Assembly: GCA_963617535.1 (NCBI GenBank)
Contig: CAVEPD010000004.1
Span: 665-64,664 of the forward strand
DNA: 64,000 bases
Source: a bacterium
Lineage (GTDB): Bacteria > Bacillota_I > Bacilli_A > RFN20 > CAG-826
Direction of reading: 5' to 3'
The notes under the pieces were generated by a model. It made no database searches. It saw only the letters and a program-made list of their open reading frames with translations, and was not told the origin of the DNA. Position 1 is the first letter of the stretch; each line of letters opens with the position of its first letter. Both the position numbers and the translations under genes were made by a program. Below are positions 47,077 to 56,340 of this stretch, piece after piece.

Positions 47077-48003
47077 ATGGAAAACAATCAAATGAACAGC
47101 TTGGTCTTATCCGCTAAGCTCTACCGTCTCAACAAAGACGTCGACCTCATCAACAAAGGCATCGAAGACAACAAAGAAGTCGCCAAAGACGAGAAGGACA
47201 ACATCTTCAAGAAGTTCGGCAAATCGGTCTCTAACTCCGTTAAGAAGAACCGCACCGAAAACTTCGAGAAAGCCCTTGCCAAAGATCAAGAGGCCATCAA
47301 ATCCCTTGGGGAAGGATTGCTAAGCGGCGATGCCTTCGTCGAAGAAGCCAAGAAGGCCCTTGATAATCAGGCCAAGAAGACCGCCTTCGGCTTGCTTTAT
47401 CTTCTTTCTGATACCAACGAATACGATAGCAAAGAAGAGACCCTCTCTTCCTTAAGCGAAGCTCTCTATGGGAGCAAAGACGCCTTAGCCACCTTGAACA
47501 AGGAGCTCGACGCGGATTTCCGCATCATCTCCGAATCTCTCTTCTCTTCCATCAAGAGCAGCGACCTCGTGAAGGAAGCCTTGAACGGATATCTTGATGT
47601 CCTTTCTTCCTCTAGAGATGAGAAATGCGCTCTCTGCATGGCGAAAGCCATCCTTGGGGACGAGAGCAAAGCCGCTCCAATCCTCGCCCTCTTGCTCGCT
47701 GGGAAGAACGCTCTCCCTTACTGCAACGACGAAGACAAGGCCAAAGAGGCGTTCCTTGGCATCGACAAGGATTCCTACTTCGCCGCGATGGCCATCAAGT
47801 CGATCCTCACCCAGGAAGAGAAGAAAGAATGGAGCGATGACGAGAAGAAAGCCAATCTCAAAGGCATCCTCACCATCATGTCCCAATTGAACCTTCTCGT
47901 TCAGATTTCCTCCATCGTGGACAAACAAGATCCAGAAGGCGCGAAGGTTAAGATGAAGGCCATCAACGGCTTCGTGAACCGCCTTGCTGATCTAAACAAA
48001 TAA
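47077..48003 (+). CDS. Hypothetical protein (acidic, helical, Lys/Glu/Asp-rich; no signal peptide or TM seen)
   Basis: 308-aa ORF with coding-like composition and its own terminators on both sides. I recognise no motif. Confidence 0.5.
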   Translation: MENNQMNSLVLSAKLYRLNKDVDLINKGIEDNKEVAKDEKDNIFKKFGKSVSNSVKKNRTENFEKALAKDQEAIKSLGEGLLSGDAFVEEAKKALDNQAKKTAFGLLYLLSDTNEYDSKEETLSSLSEALYGSKDALATLNKELDADFRIISESLFSSIKSSDLVKEALNGYLDVLSSSRDEKCALCMAKAILGDESKAAPILALLLAGKNALPYCNDEDKAKEAFLGIDKDSYFAAMAIKSILTQEEKKEWSDDEKKANLKGILTIMSQLNLLVQISSIVDKQDPEGAKVKMKAINGFVNRLADLNK

Positions 48004-48106
48004 CAAACGAGCCCTTAAGCGTCTTGCGCGAGCAAGGCGCTTTTTCTTTGCGTCAAAAAAGGGCGCCCGGCTAGGAGCACCCTTTAATACTTCAATAAGC
48101 AGAAGC

Positions 48107-49567
48107 TTACTTGCTTTCGACGTCGGAAGCGCCTTCGTCAGGAGAAGCACTCTCTTCGGTAGAAGAAGCCTCAACGGCTTTTTCTTCCACGGAAGCTTTT
48201 TCCTTATCTTTGCCCGAGTGGGTGATGAGGTTCGTGACAATGCCAAGGATCATGGCAAAGGCAAGGGATGTAAGTTCGATGGTGGTATCGCCGAAGGTGA
48301 ACTTGAGGACGAGTCCGCCGATGCCGCAGACGAAGATCGCGGCGACGGGGAAGAGGTTGCGGTTGTCATTGAGGTCGACTTTGCGGAGCATTTGAAGCCC
48401 AGAGACGGCGATGAAGCCATAAAGGGCAATGCAAGCGCCGCCCATGACGCACTTCGGGATGGAGTTGATGAGGGCGACGAAGGGAGAGACGAAGGAGAGA
48501 AGGATGCAGCCGCAGGCAGCGACGAAGATGGAGATAACAGAAGCGTTCCCGGTGATAGCAACGCAGCCAATGGATTCGCCATAGGTGGTGTTGGCCGCGC
48601 CGCCGACGAAGCCTCCGACGATGGAGCCAACGCCGTCACCAAGCAAAGTCTTGTCTAAGCCAGGGTCGGTGATGAGGTCTTTTTCGATGATGGAGGAAAG
48701 GTTTTTGTGGTCGGCGACGTGCTGAGCAAGCTCAACGACCGCGATAGGAACGAAGATGATGGCGATGGAGCCGATGGCAGCCCAGTTGATGTTGCTCGCC
48801 TCAGGGTGCAAGCAAGCCTCAAGAAGGGTGAACTTAGGATAGTCGAAGATACTCGTGATGGAGAAGGGGGCAAGAGACTTGAAGGAGTCGAAGCTGAGGA
48901 TCTTCATATAGTCGACGTTTGCCGCCATGCCGATAAGGGTGAAGATGAGGGCAAGCGCATAGCCGGCGCCGATGCCGATGATGAAGGGGATGAGTTTGAT
49001 GGTTTTGCTGCCCTTCACCGAGCAAACAACGATGACGAGGAAGGTAACAAGAGCGCAGAGGATCGAAAGGAGGTTGTAATCGCTGCCGCCATTGCTCATG
49101 GACCAGGAGGTGGCGGTCGTAGAGAGCGAGAGACCAATCAAAGCAACGATAGGCCCGATGATGACAGGAGGAAGAAGTTTATTGACCCAAGCGGAGCCGA
49201 CAAACTTGATGATGATGGCCATGACGACGTAGACAAGGCCCGCCATCGCGATGCCGATGAGCACGCCCCAATAGCCGAAGCCGGCGCCGATGACCGCGCT
49301 ATAAGCGCCTAGGAAAGTGAAGGAAGAGCCGAGGAACACCGGGCTTCTGCCTTTGGTGAAGAGGATGTAGACGATGGTGCCGAATCCAGCCCCGCAAAGC
49401 GCGGCGGCCGCGTCGAATAGAAGCGTGCCTCCGTCAGGGGTGGAATAGGTGCTGGTGATAAGCGGAACAAGCAAGGTGGCCGCCATGATGGCGATCATCT
49501 GCTGGAAGGCGAAGATAAGCGTTTTCCCAAACGGGGGCTTATCTTGAATGTTGTAAGTTAGTTTCAT
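48107..49567 (-). CDS. pyrP: Uracil permease (NCS2 family) with an acidic C-terminal tail
   Basis: Polytopic protein with a typical N-terminus (KPPFGKTLIFAFQQMIAIMAATLLVP). It lies directly downstream of pyrR. Confidence 0.85.
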   Translation of the reverse strand: MKLTYNIQDKPPFGKTLIFAFQQMIAIMAATLLVPLITSTYSTPDGGTLLFDAAAALCGAGFGTIVYILFTKGRSPVFLGSSFTFLGAYSAVIGAGFGYWGVLIGIAMAGLVYVVMAIIIKFVGSAWVNKLLPPVIIGPIVALIGLSLSTTATSWSMSNGGSDYNLLSILCALVTFLVIVVCSVKGSKTIKLIPFIIGIGAGYALALIFTLIGMAANVDYMKILSFDSFKSLAPFSITSIFDYPKFTLLEACLHPEASNINWAAIGSIAIIFVPIAVVELAQHVADHKNLSSIIEKDLITDPGLDKTLLGDGVGSIVGGFVGGAANTTYGESIGCVAITGNASVISIFVAACGCILLSFVSPFVALINSIPKCVMGGACIALYGFIAVSGLQMLRKVDLNDNRNLFPVAAIFVCGIGGLVLKFTFGDTTIELTSLAFAMILGIVTNLITHSGKDKEKASVEEKAVEASSTEESASPDEGASDVESK

Positions 49568-49581
49568 AAGTAATCCCTTAA

Positions 49582-50118
49582 TTAATCTCTATCCCAGAGT
49601 TCGACGTTGCTCTTGCCGTCAATCGAAGCAAGATGAACCGCGATGAGTTCTTTTTTGGACGTAGGCACATTCTTGCCGACGAAGTCTCCTCTTATGGGGA
49701 GTTCCCGGTGCCCGCGATCGACTAGGACCGCCAGCATGATGCGATTGGGTCTTCCTTTGGAGAAGATCCCTTCGATTGCCGCACGCACGGTACGCCCGGT
49801 ATAGATGACGTCGTCAACCAGAATGATGTCTTTCCCTTGGATAGGGAAGTTCAAATTTGATTGGTTCAGAACGGCTTGGTCGTTCAACGTGGTCAAATCA
49901 TCGCGATACAGCGAGATGTCCATCTCTCCTACGGGGACTTCGACATCCGCGAATGTCTTGATGTTCGAGGCAAGGGTTTCCGCGATTGGAAGCCCTCTGG
50001 TCTTGATGCCCACAAGAACGGCATTCGACAAGTCACAGTTTTCTATGATCTCGTGAGAGAGCCTCTTAAGGCACCTCTCCAAATCAATTTCCGTTAGTAG
50101 TTCAGCTTTGAATTTCAT
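49582..50118 (-). CDS. pyrR: Bifunctional pyr mRNA-binding attenuation protein / uracil phosphoribosyltransferase PyrR
   Basis: 178 aa. ILVDDVIYTGRTVRAA PRPP motif and VDRGHRELPI. Confidence 0.92.
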   Translation of the reverse strand: MKFKAELLTEIDLERCLKRLSHEIIENCDLSNAVLVGIKTRGLPIAETLASNIKTFADVEVPVGEMDISLYRDDLTTLNDQAVLNQSNLNFPIQGKDIILVDDVIYTGRTVRAAIEGIFSKGRPNRIMLAVLVDRGHRELPIRGDFVGKNVPTSKKELIAVHLASIDGKSNVELWDRD

Positions 50119-50130
50119 TCATCCTCCTAG

Positions 50131-50225
50131 AAAAATAGCCTTGCTGCTACGCGCAACAAGGCCATGGATAAACTAGCTGGATTCACCCCGTCTTGTTGAT
50201 CTCTCGTACCAACTTAAAGACTATG
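50131..50225 (-). promoter_or_regulatory. PyrR-type transcription attenuator in the pyrR-pyrP leader
   Basis: Minus strand: UCUUUAAGUUGGUACGAGAGAUCAACAAGA (binding-loop-like, 50195-50213 core). The terminator is GCCUUGUUGC-GCGUA-GCAGCAAGGC followed by UAUUUUU (50131-50162). CAACAAG in the loop is complementary to CUUGUUG in the terminator arm. The putative promoter is TTGCCT-N16-TATAAT (50262-50235). Confidence 0.6.
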
Positions 50226-50337
50226 TCACGGGGAATTATAGACGGGGCAAGGTTGAAGGCAAGGAAAATCGAAAAATTATCATTATGCCGATTTTCCTAT
50301 GCTAAACTACCCCGCGGTAAATAAGGAAGGAACCAAA

Positions 50338-50982
50338 ATGCTTAATCCATCCGACAACCTGTTTGTCTTCGATCACCCCCTCATCAAGCATAAGATCACC
50401 GTCTTGTGCGAAAAGGACACCTCGTCCAAGGATTTCCACGCTATCGTCGGGGAAATCGCAACCATCATGGGCTATGAGGTCCTCAAGGATCTCAAAACCA
50501 AGGACATCATGATCGACGCCCCGATTTCCAGCTTCATGTCCCCCGTTCTCGACACGAACTTCACGATTGTTCCAATTCTCCGCGCAGGGCTTGGGATGGT
50601 CGACGGCATCCGCAACCTCTATCCTAAGGCCAGAGTCGGCCACATCGGCTTATACCGCGATGAGCAGACTCTCCAGCCCCAAACCTACTACTTCAAGCTC
50701 CCCAAGGACGTCGCTGACGGACCAGTCCTCATCGTCGATCCCGCCCTTGCTACCGGCGGTTCCGCCGCTGCGGCCATCCACTATGTCAAAGAAGCGGGCT
50801 GCAAAGATATCCGTCTCCTTTGCCTCATCGGCGCCAAAGAAGGCGTGGCCAGAGTCCACAAGGAACACCCGGAAGTGAAGATCTACCTCGCCAAATATGA
50901 AGACGCCCCGCTCAACGAGCACGGCTACATCGTCACCGCCTTCGGCGATGCCGGCGACCGCATCATGGGCACCTTCGACTGA
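50338..50982 (+). CDS. upp: Uracil phosphoribosyltransferase (copy 2)
   Basis: HPLIKHKITVLC, VPILRAGLGMVDG, IVDPALATGGS, FGDAGDRIMGT. The start was set to the ATG at 50338, which has an AAGGAAGG RBS. Confidence 0.9.
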   Translation: MLNPSDNLFVFDHPLIKHKITVLCEKDTSSKDFHAIVGEIATIMGYEVLKDLKTKDIMIDAPISSFMSPVLDTNFTIVPILRAGLGMVDGIRNLYPKARVGHIGLYRDEQTLQPQTYYFKLPKDVADGPVLIVDPALATGGSAAAAIHYVKEAGCKDIRLLCLIGAKEGVARVHKEHPEVKIYLAKYEDAPLNEHGYIVTAFGDAGDRIMGTFD

Positions 50983-50999
50983 GAACAGACGAAATGATG

Positions 51000-51030
51000 A
51001 ACCTTCGCGAATAAGCGGAGGTTTTTCTTT
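51000..51030 (+). terminator. Intrinsic terminator after upp copy 2
   Basis: AACCTTCGC-gaataa-GCGGAGGTT followed by TTTCTTT. Confidence 0.7.
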
Positions 51031-51093
51031 AGTCTCTTATTGACTTAAACCTCACTTTAACTTGTAGATTACTTATATAAGAAAGGAAGAAAC

Positions 51094-51528
51094 ATGAAGT
51101 ACATCAGCAAAGAAGAATTCGACAAAGCCAATATGTTCGGGGAAGGGAAGCCCAATACCGGCTACGCTCAATATTTTATTGGGAACTCCTATTTGAACGC
51201 GCTGACCGATCCTAAATGTGGCTTGTTCCTCGCTAACGTCACCTTTGAGCCAGGCTGCAGGAACAACTGGCACATCCATCACGCCAAGAAAGGCGGAGGT
51301 CAGTTGCTTATCTGCACCGCCGGAGAAGGATGGTATCAAGAAGAAGGCAAGGAACCCGTCAGTCTAAAAGAAGGCAGCGTCATCGTGATTCCCGCCGAAG
51401 TGAAGCACTGGCACGGGGCAAAGAAAGATAGTTATTTCTCTCACATCGCCTGCGAACTTCCTGGAGAAAACACCAGCAACGAATGGTGCGAACCAGTCAG
51501 TGATGAAGAGTACTCAAAATTAAAATAA
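51094..51528 (+). CDS. Cupin-domain protein
   Basis: 144 aa. Has the two-motif pattern NNWHIHH... and VIVIPAEVKHWHG. Confidence 0.6.
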   Translation: MKYISKEEFDKANMFGEGKPNTGYAQYFIGNSYLNALTDPKCGLFLANVTFEPGCRNNWHIHHAKKGGGQLLICTAGEGWYQEEGKEPVSLKEGSVIVIPAEVKHWHGAKKDSYFSHIACELPGENTSNEWCEPVSDEEYSKLK

Positions 51529-51538
51529 GGAGGGACGT

Positions 51539-51862
51539 ATGTCAGTAAAACAAACAGCGGGCCGCGATGCCCTAGGGGAATTTGCCCCGAAATTCGCCGA
51601 GCTTAACGACGATGTCTTATTTGGGGAAGTCTGGAGCAGAGAAGACAAGCTTTCTCTCCGCGACCGTTCTCTCGTTACCGTCGTCGCTTTGTTATCCCAA
51701 GGATTAACGGATGATTCCTTCCGTTATCATTTGATAACTGCAAAGAAAAACGGAATCACCAAAGAAGAGATCGCCGAGATTTTGACTCACGCCGCTTTCT
51801 ATTGTGGCTGGCCAAAGGCTTGGGCGGCCTTCAAGATGGCTAAGGAAATCTGGACGGACTAA
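51539..51862 (+). CDS. Carboxymuconolactone decarboxylase (AhpD-like) family protein
   Basis: 107 aa. LSLRDRSLVTVVALLSQG and ILTHAAFYCGWPKA. Confidence 0.7.
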   Translation: MSVKQTAGRDALGEFAPKFAELNDDVLFGEVWSREDKLSLRDRSLVTVVALLSQGLTDDSFRYHLITAKKNGITKEEIAEILTHAAFYCGWPKAWAAFKMAKEIWTD

Positions 51863-51908
51863 AGCAAGGCAAAAGTTCGTTACTAGTTTTTCTAAAGGAA
51901 GGCGAGAA

Positions 51909-52667
51909 CTACTGGCCCCTTCGTTCGTAGGGGCAGTCGCCGACCTTCAATAACTCTTTGGCTCTTTCCACTTGCTCTTCGCTAGGCGGATTAACCCCTT
52001 CCAAAGGATAAGGAATACCCAGCTTCTTATATTTGAAAGTGCCCAACGTATGATACGGGAGGACTTCAATTCTTTGCACGTTGCCTAAGCCAGCAAGAAA
52101 CTCCCCTTCTTTCTTAAGCCATTCTTCTTTGTCATTCCATCCAGGTACCAAAACTCGTCGCACCCAAATGGGGAAATGCTTCTTTGCGAGGTATTCATAA
52201 AGCTCTAAAACGTTCTTGTTATTCGCTCCGACAAGCTTTTGATGTTGATCCGGATCAATGACCTTCATATCAAGCAAGAAAAGCTCGCAAAAACCCAGCA
52301 ATTTATCAAATTTATCAAGGAATTGCGGGCTTTTGTTAAAAGGTCCACCCGCGGTATCGATAATCAAAGAAACCCCGTTTTTCTTGCAGATCTCCCCTAA
52401 TTCCAAAAGGAAATCAATTTGAGAAAGAGGTTCTCCTCCGGAGACCGTGATTCCCCCATTGTCCTTCCAGTAAGGCTTGAAACGATAAAGCTTTTTAAAG
52501 GCATCCTCCGCCGTAATGGGATTGGTCTTGAGGAAAGGCCAAGTATCGGGATTATGGCAAAACAAGCAACGATACGGGCACCCCTGCAAGAAAAGGACGG
52601 ACCTGACCCCAGGTCCGTCCACAAGGGCGAAGGATTCTATGGATTGATAATAACCTAACGTCCCCAT
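51909..52667 (-). CDS. pflA: Pyruvate formate-lyase activating enzyme (radical SAM)
   Basis: VDGPGVRSVLFLQGCPYRCLFCHNPDTW (CX3CX2C). The start was set to the ATG at 52667. Confidence 0.9.
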   Translation of the reverse strand: MGTLGYYQSIESFALVDGPGVRSVLFLQGCPYRCLFCHNPDTWPFLKTNPITAEDAFKKLYRFKPYWKDNGGITVSGGEPLSQIDFLLELGEICKKNGVSLIIDTAGGPFNKSPQFLDKFDKLLGFCELFLLDMKVIDPDQHQKLVGANNKNVLELYEYLAKKHFPIWVRRVLVPGWNDKEEWLKKEGEFLAGLGNVQRIEVLPYHTLGTFKYKKLGIPYPLEGVNPPSEEQVERAKELLKVGDCPYERRGQ

Positions 52668-52678
52668 TGCTGTCCTTA

Positions 52679-54922
52679 TTATAAAGCGTGATGGCAAGTA
52701 CGCGAGATAACGTCCATCTGCTGTTCTTTGGTGAGATCGATGAATTTGACCGCATAGCCAGAGACACGGATGGTGAAGTTCGCGTATTCGGGCTTCTCAG
52801 GATGGTTCATCGCGTCGATGAGTTTCTCAGTCCCGAAGACATTCACGTTCAAATGGTGAGCGCCTTGATCGAAGTAGCCATCAAGCACCTGAGCAAGGTT
52901 GTTCTTCTTCTCCTCTTCGCTGTGGCCAAGGGCCTCAGGGGAGATGGTTTGGGTATTGGAGATACCATCAAGCGCATACTCATAAGGGAGTTTGGCGACA
53001 GAGTTAAGAGAAGCAAGAAGGCCGTTCTGCTCCGCTCCATAGGCGGGGTTCGCACCAGGAGAGAGAGGCTCACCAGCCTTGCGGCCATCCGGAAGCGCGC
53101 CAGTGGCTTTACCATAGACAACGTTCGAGGTGATGGTGAGAATCGAGGTGGTCGGCTCGGAATCGCGATAGGTATGGCGCTTCTTGAGCTTGTTCATGAA
53201 CGTGCGGAGAAGTTCCACCGCAATTTCATCCGCCCTATCATCGTCATTGCCATAGCGAGGGAAGTCGCCTTCAATCACGAAGTCTTTGGCGATGCCGTTC
53301 TCATCACGGACGGCTTTCACTTTCGCGTATTTGATCGCGGAGAGAGAGTCGACGACGTGGGAGAAGCCGGCGATGCCGGTCGCGAAGGTCCTTCTGACAT
53401 CGGTGTCGATCAAAGCCATTTCGGCGGCTTCGTAATAGTACTTGTCGTGCATGTATTGGATGAGGTTCAAGGTGTTCACGTAGATTCCCGCGAGCCAGTC
53501 CATCATCTTGTCGAATTTGGCAACGACTTCGTTGTAGTCAAGGAGTTCGGAGGTGATCGGAGAATAATCCGGCCCAACTTGGTCGCCGGTTTTCTCATCT
53601 TTGCCGCCGTTTATCGCATAAAGCAAGCATTTAGCAAGGTTCGCTCTCGCGCCGAAGAACTGCATTTCTTTGCCGGTTTGAGTCGCGGAGACGCAGCAGC
53701 AAATGGAGTAGTCATCGGTCCAAACGGGACGCATGGCATCGTCATTCTCATATTGGATGGAAGAGGTATTCACGGAGATCTTCGCCGCATACTTCTTGAA
53801 GTTCTCAGGAAGGCGGGAGCTCCAAAGCACGGTGAGGTTCGGCTCAGGAGAGGGGCCCATATTCTCCAAGGTATGGAGGAAGCGGTAGTCGGTTTTGGTA
53901 ACCATGCTTCTGCCATCTTGCCCCATGCCCGCGACTTCTAGGGTCGCCCAAACGGGGTCGCCAGAGAAAAGCGCGTTGTAAGAAGGGATACGGGCAAACT
54001 TGACCATACGGAACTTCATGACGAGGTGGTCGATGAGTTCCTGGGCCTCGGACTCAGTGAGGGTGCCGTTAGCAAGGTCTCTTTGAATGTAGATATCGAG
54101 GAAGGTAGAAATGCGGCCAACGCTCATCGCGGCGCCGTTTTGGGTTTTGATGGCAGCGAGGTAGCCAAAATAGAGCCACTGGATCGCTTCCTTGGCGTCC
54201 TTCGCGGGTTTAGAGATATCAAAACCGTAAGAGGCGGCCATTTCTTTCATGCCTTTGAGGGCTCTGATTTGCTCGGAGAGCTCTTCGCGGAGGCGGATGA
54301 CATCATCAATCATCGTGCCATCGCCGCAGTTGGCTTTGTCTTCTTCTTTCCAAGCGATGAGGCGGTCAATGCCATAAAGGGCGACGCGGCGATAATCACC
54401 GACGATACGGCCGCGGCCATAGGTATCGGGAAGGCCCGTCAAAATCTTGTTATGACGGCATTTCATCATCTCAGGGGTATAGGCATCGAAAACGCCATCG
54501 TTGTGGGTCTTCTTATAAAGAGAGAAGGCTTTGTGGATCTCAGGATCGACCGTATAGCCATAGGTAGAGCAAGCGGTCTCCGCCATTTTGATGCCACCGA
54601 AAGGCATGAAGGCTCTCTTCAAAGGCTTGTCGGTTTGAAGGCCGACGACCTTCTCTAAATCCTTATCAAGGTAGCCGGGGCCATAAGAGGTAAGAGAGGA
54701 AACGACTTTGGTTTCCATATCGAGCACCCCGCCTTTGGCTCTTTCTTCCTTCTGGAGTTTTTGGAGCTCATCCCAAAGCTTATTCGTGGCATCGGTCGCG
54801 CCAGCCAAGAAGCTTTCGTCCCCATCATAGGGTTTGTAGTTATTCTGAATGAAGTCACGGACATCGCAATCTTCTTTCCATTTGCGTCCAGCGAAGCCGG
54901 ACCAGTTTTCGTTATCAATCAT
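52679..54922 (-). CDS. pflB: Formate C-acetyltransferase (pyruvate formate-lyase)
   Basis: Has the ICCCVSAT active-site Cys pair and the glycyl-radical motif [11 protein letters not shown]. The start is probably the second ATG after the AAAGGAG (54922). Confidence 0.95.
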   Translation of the reverse strand: MIDNENWSGFAGRKWKEDCDVRDFIQNNYKPYDGDESFLAGATDATNKLWDELQKLQKEERAKGGVLDMETKVVSSLTSYGPGYLDKDLEKVVGLQTDKPLKRAFMPFGGIKMAETACSTYGYTVDPEIHKAFSLYKKTHNDGVFDAYTPEMMKCRHNKILTGLPDTYGRGRIVGDYRRVALYGIDRLIAWKEEDKANCGDGTMIDDVIRLREELSEQIRALKGMKEMAASYGFDISKPAKDAKEAIQWLYFGYLAAIKTQNGAAMSVGRISTFLDIYIQRDLANGTLTESEAQELIDHLVMKFRMVKFARIPSYNALFSGDPVWATLEVAGMGQDGRSMVTKTDYRFLHTLENMGPSPEPNLTVLWSSRLPENFKKYAAKISVNTSSIQYENDDAMRPVWTDDYSICCCVSATQTGKEMQFFGARANLAKCLLYAINGGKDEKTGDQVGPDYSPITSELLDYNEVVAKFDKMMDWLAGIYVNTLNLIQYMHDKYYYEAAEMALIDTDVRRTFATGIAGFSHVVDSLSAIKYAKVKAVRDENGIAKDFVIEGDFPRYGNDDDRADEIAVELLRTFMNKLKKRHTYRDSEPTTSILTITSNVVYGKATGALPDGRKAGEPLSPGANPAYGAEQNGLLASLNSVAKLPYEYALDGISNTQTISPEALGHSEEEKKNNLAQVLDGYFDQGAHHLNVNVFGTEKLIDAMNHPEKPEYANFTIRVSGYAVKFIDLTKEQQMDVISRTCHHAL

Positions 54923-55076
54923 TGGCATTCTCCTTTTGGCCAAAAGGAATTAAAGAAGAGTCAAAGGCATCGGGCAAGCAATATGATAAGGAAAGCGCTA
55001 ACAAAAAGACCCATCCCGTCTAAAGTGTATTCTCTAGACGGCATCGGGCCTTTTGTTCACAAGTGTAAACGTTCGA

Positions 55077-56069
55077 TTACTTGTATTTCACCATTAAGGT
55101 ATGGGAGTCCTTGAAGGCGGTGTAAACCGAAGAAAGAGGAGCGTTATTCACGATGCGGAGGATGCACTCGCCGAGCATATCGGCAAGGGAGATGGACTTC
55201 ACAAACGGAAGAGCCGCGAATCTTTCTGGTAAGGGGATGGAATCGGTCACGATGATTTCATCGAAGGCCTTGCCGTCTTTGATGAGGTCATAGCAAGGAT
55301 CGGAGAAGACAGCGTGCACGGCAACCATGCGGACGGATTTTGCGCCGAATTTGCGGATGGCGTTGGCCGCATTGACGGCGCTTCTGCCAGTGTCGATCAT
55401 ATCGTCGACCAAGATGCAGTCTTTGCCGCTCACATCGCCGATGAGGTTCATGACCTCAGGAGCACCGGTCGCGTTGCGTCTCTTATCGATGATCGCGATG
55501 GGGCAGTTGTTGAATTGTTCAGCAAGATCTCTAGCGCGCCCAACTCCGCCGTGGTCTGGGGAAACGACGACGAGATTGGATAAATCGGGTTCGCTTTGGA
55601 GGAAAGCTCCACCAAGAAGCGGAACAGCGGTCAAGTCGTCGGCAAGGCAAGAGAAGAAGCCCTGAATCTGAGCAGCGTGAAGGTTCACCGTGATGATGCG
55701 GTTAAGTCCAGCGGCATCAAGGAGATGAGCAACTAGAGCCGCGGTGATCGGCTGGCGGGCATGGGCTTTGCGGTCTTGTCTAGCATAGCCAAAGTAAGGG
55801 CAAACCAAATTGATTTCCTTAGCGGAAGACCTCTTCAGGGAGTCGATGAAAATCAATGTCTCCATTAGATTTTCGTTAACGGGTGGGCAAGTGGATTCGA
55901 TGATGAAAACCTGCTTTCCGCGGACCGAGTCAATCGGTTCGACAAGAGTTTCCCCCGAGGGGAACTTCTTGACGATCCTTTCGCCGAGTTTGACGCCAAG
56001 CTTCTTGGCGATGGCTTCAGCGAGCGTCTGGTTCGCAGAAAGAGAGAAGATGAGAGCGTTGTCGAGCAT
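55077..56069 (-). CDS. prs: Ribose-phosphate pyrophosphokinase
   Basis: YFGYARQDRK and ILVDDMIDTGRS. The start was set to the ATG at 56069, which has a GAGGAGG RBS. Confidence 0.9.
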   Translation of the reverse strand: MLDNALIFSLSANQTLAEAIAKKLGVKLGERIVKKFPSGETLVEPIDSVRGKQVFIIESTCPPVNENLMETLIFIDSLKRSSAKEINLVCPYFGYARQDRKAHARQPITAALVAHLLDAAGLNRIITVNLHAAQIQGFFSCLADDLTAVPLLGGAFLQSEPDLSNLVVVSPDHGGVGRARDLAEQFNNCPIAIIDKRRNATGAPEVMNLIGDVSGKDCILVDDMIDTGRSAVNAANAIRKFGAKSVRMVAVHAVFSDPCYDLIKDGKAFDEIIVTDSIPLPERFAALPFVKSISLADMLGECILRIVNNAPLSSVYTAFKDSHTLMVKYK

Positions 56070-56340
56070 GGGAAACTTCCTCCTCAATATTTCAGTAAAG
56101 TCTAAACCAAGCAAATAGCCAAAACGAGAGAAGAATTCTATAAAGCGCTTTCTTCTGAGGAGATCCATTTGAAGGAAGCCGAAATCAAGGGCCATAAAGT
56201 TCACGTAAAACGGCAATGGTTTCTTAAAACGTTCCTTCTTGCTTTGCCTTCAGAATTTTTAACTGGGCCTTGATAGCCTTTCTTTACTTTTGCTTTGTCT
56301 CCTCCATAATTTAGAAACTAAAACGATAGGAGACCACGAT

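Noticed and set aside
54923-55076. ZTP (pfl-motif) riboswitch upstream of pflB
   Set aside because: No GGGUCGUGACUGGCG or CCGGGCGCCUGGGC-type cores are present. The region mainly holds the prs terminator hairpin.
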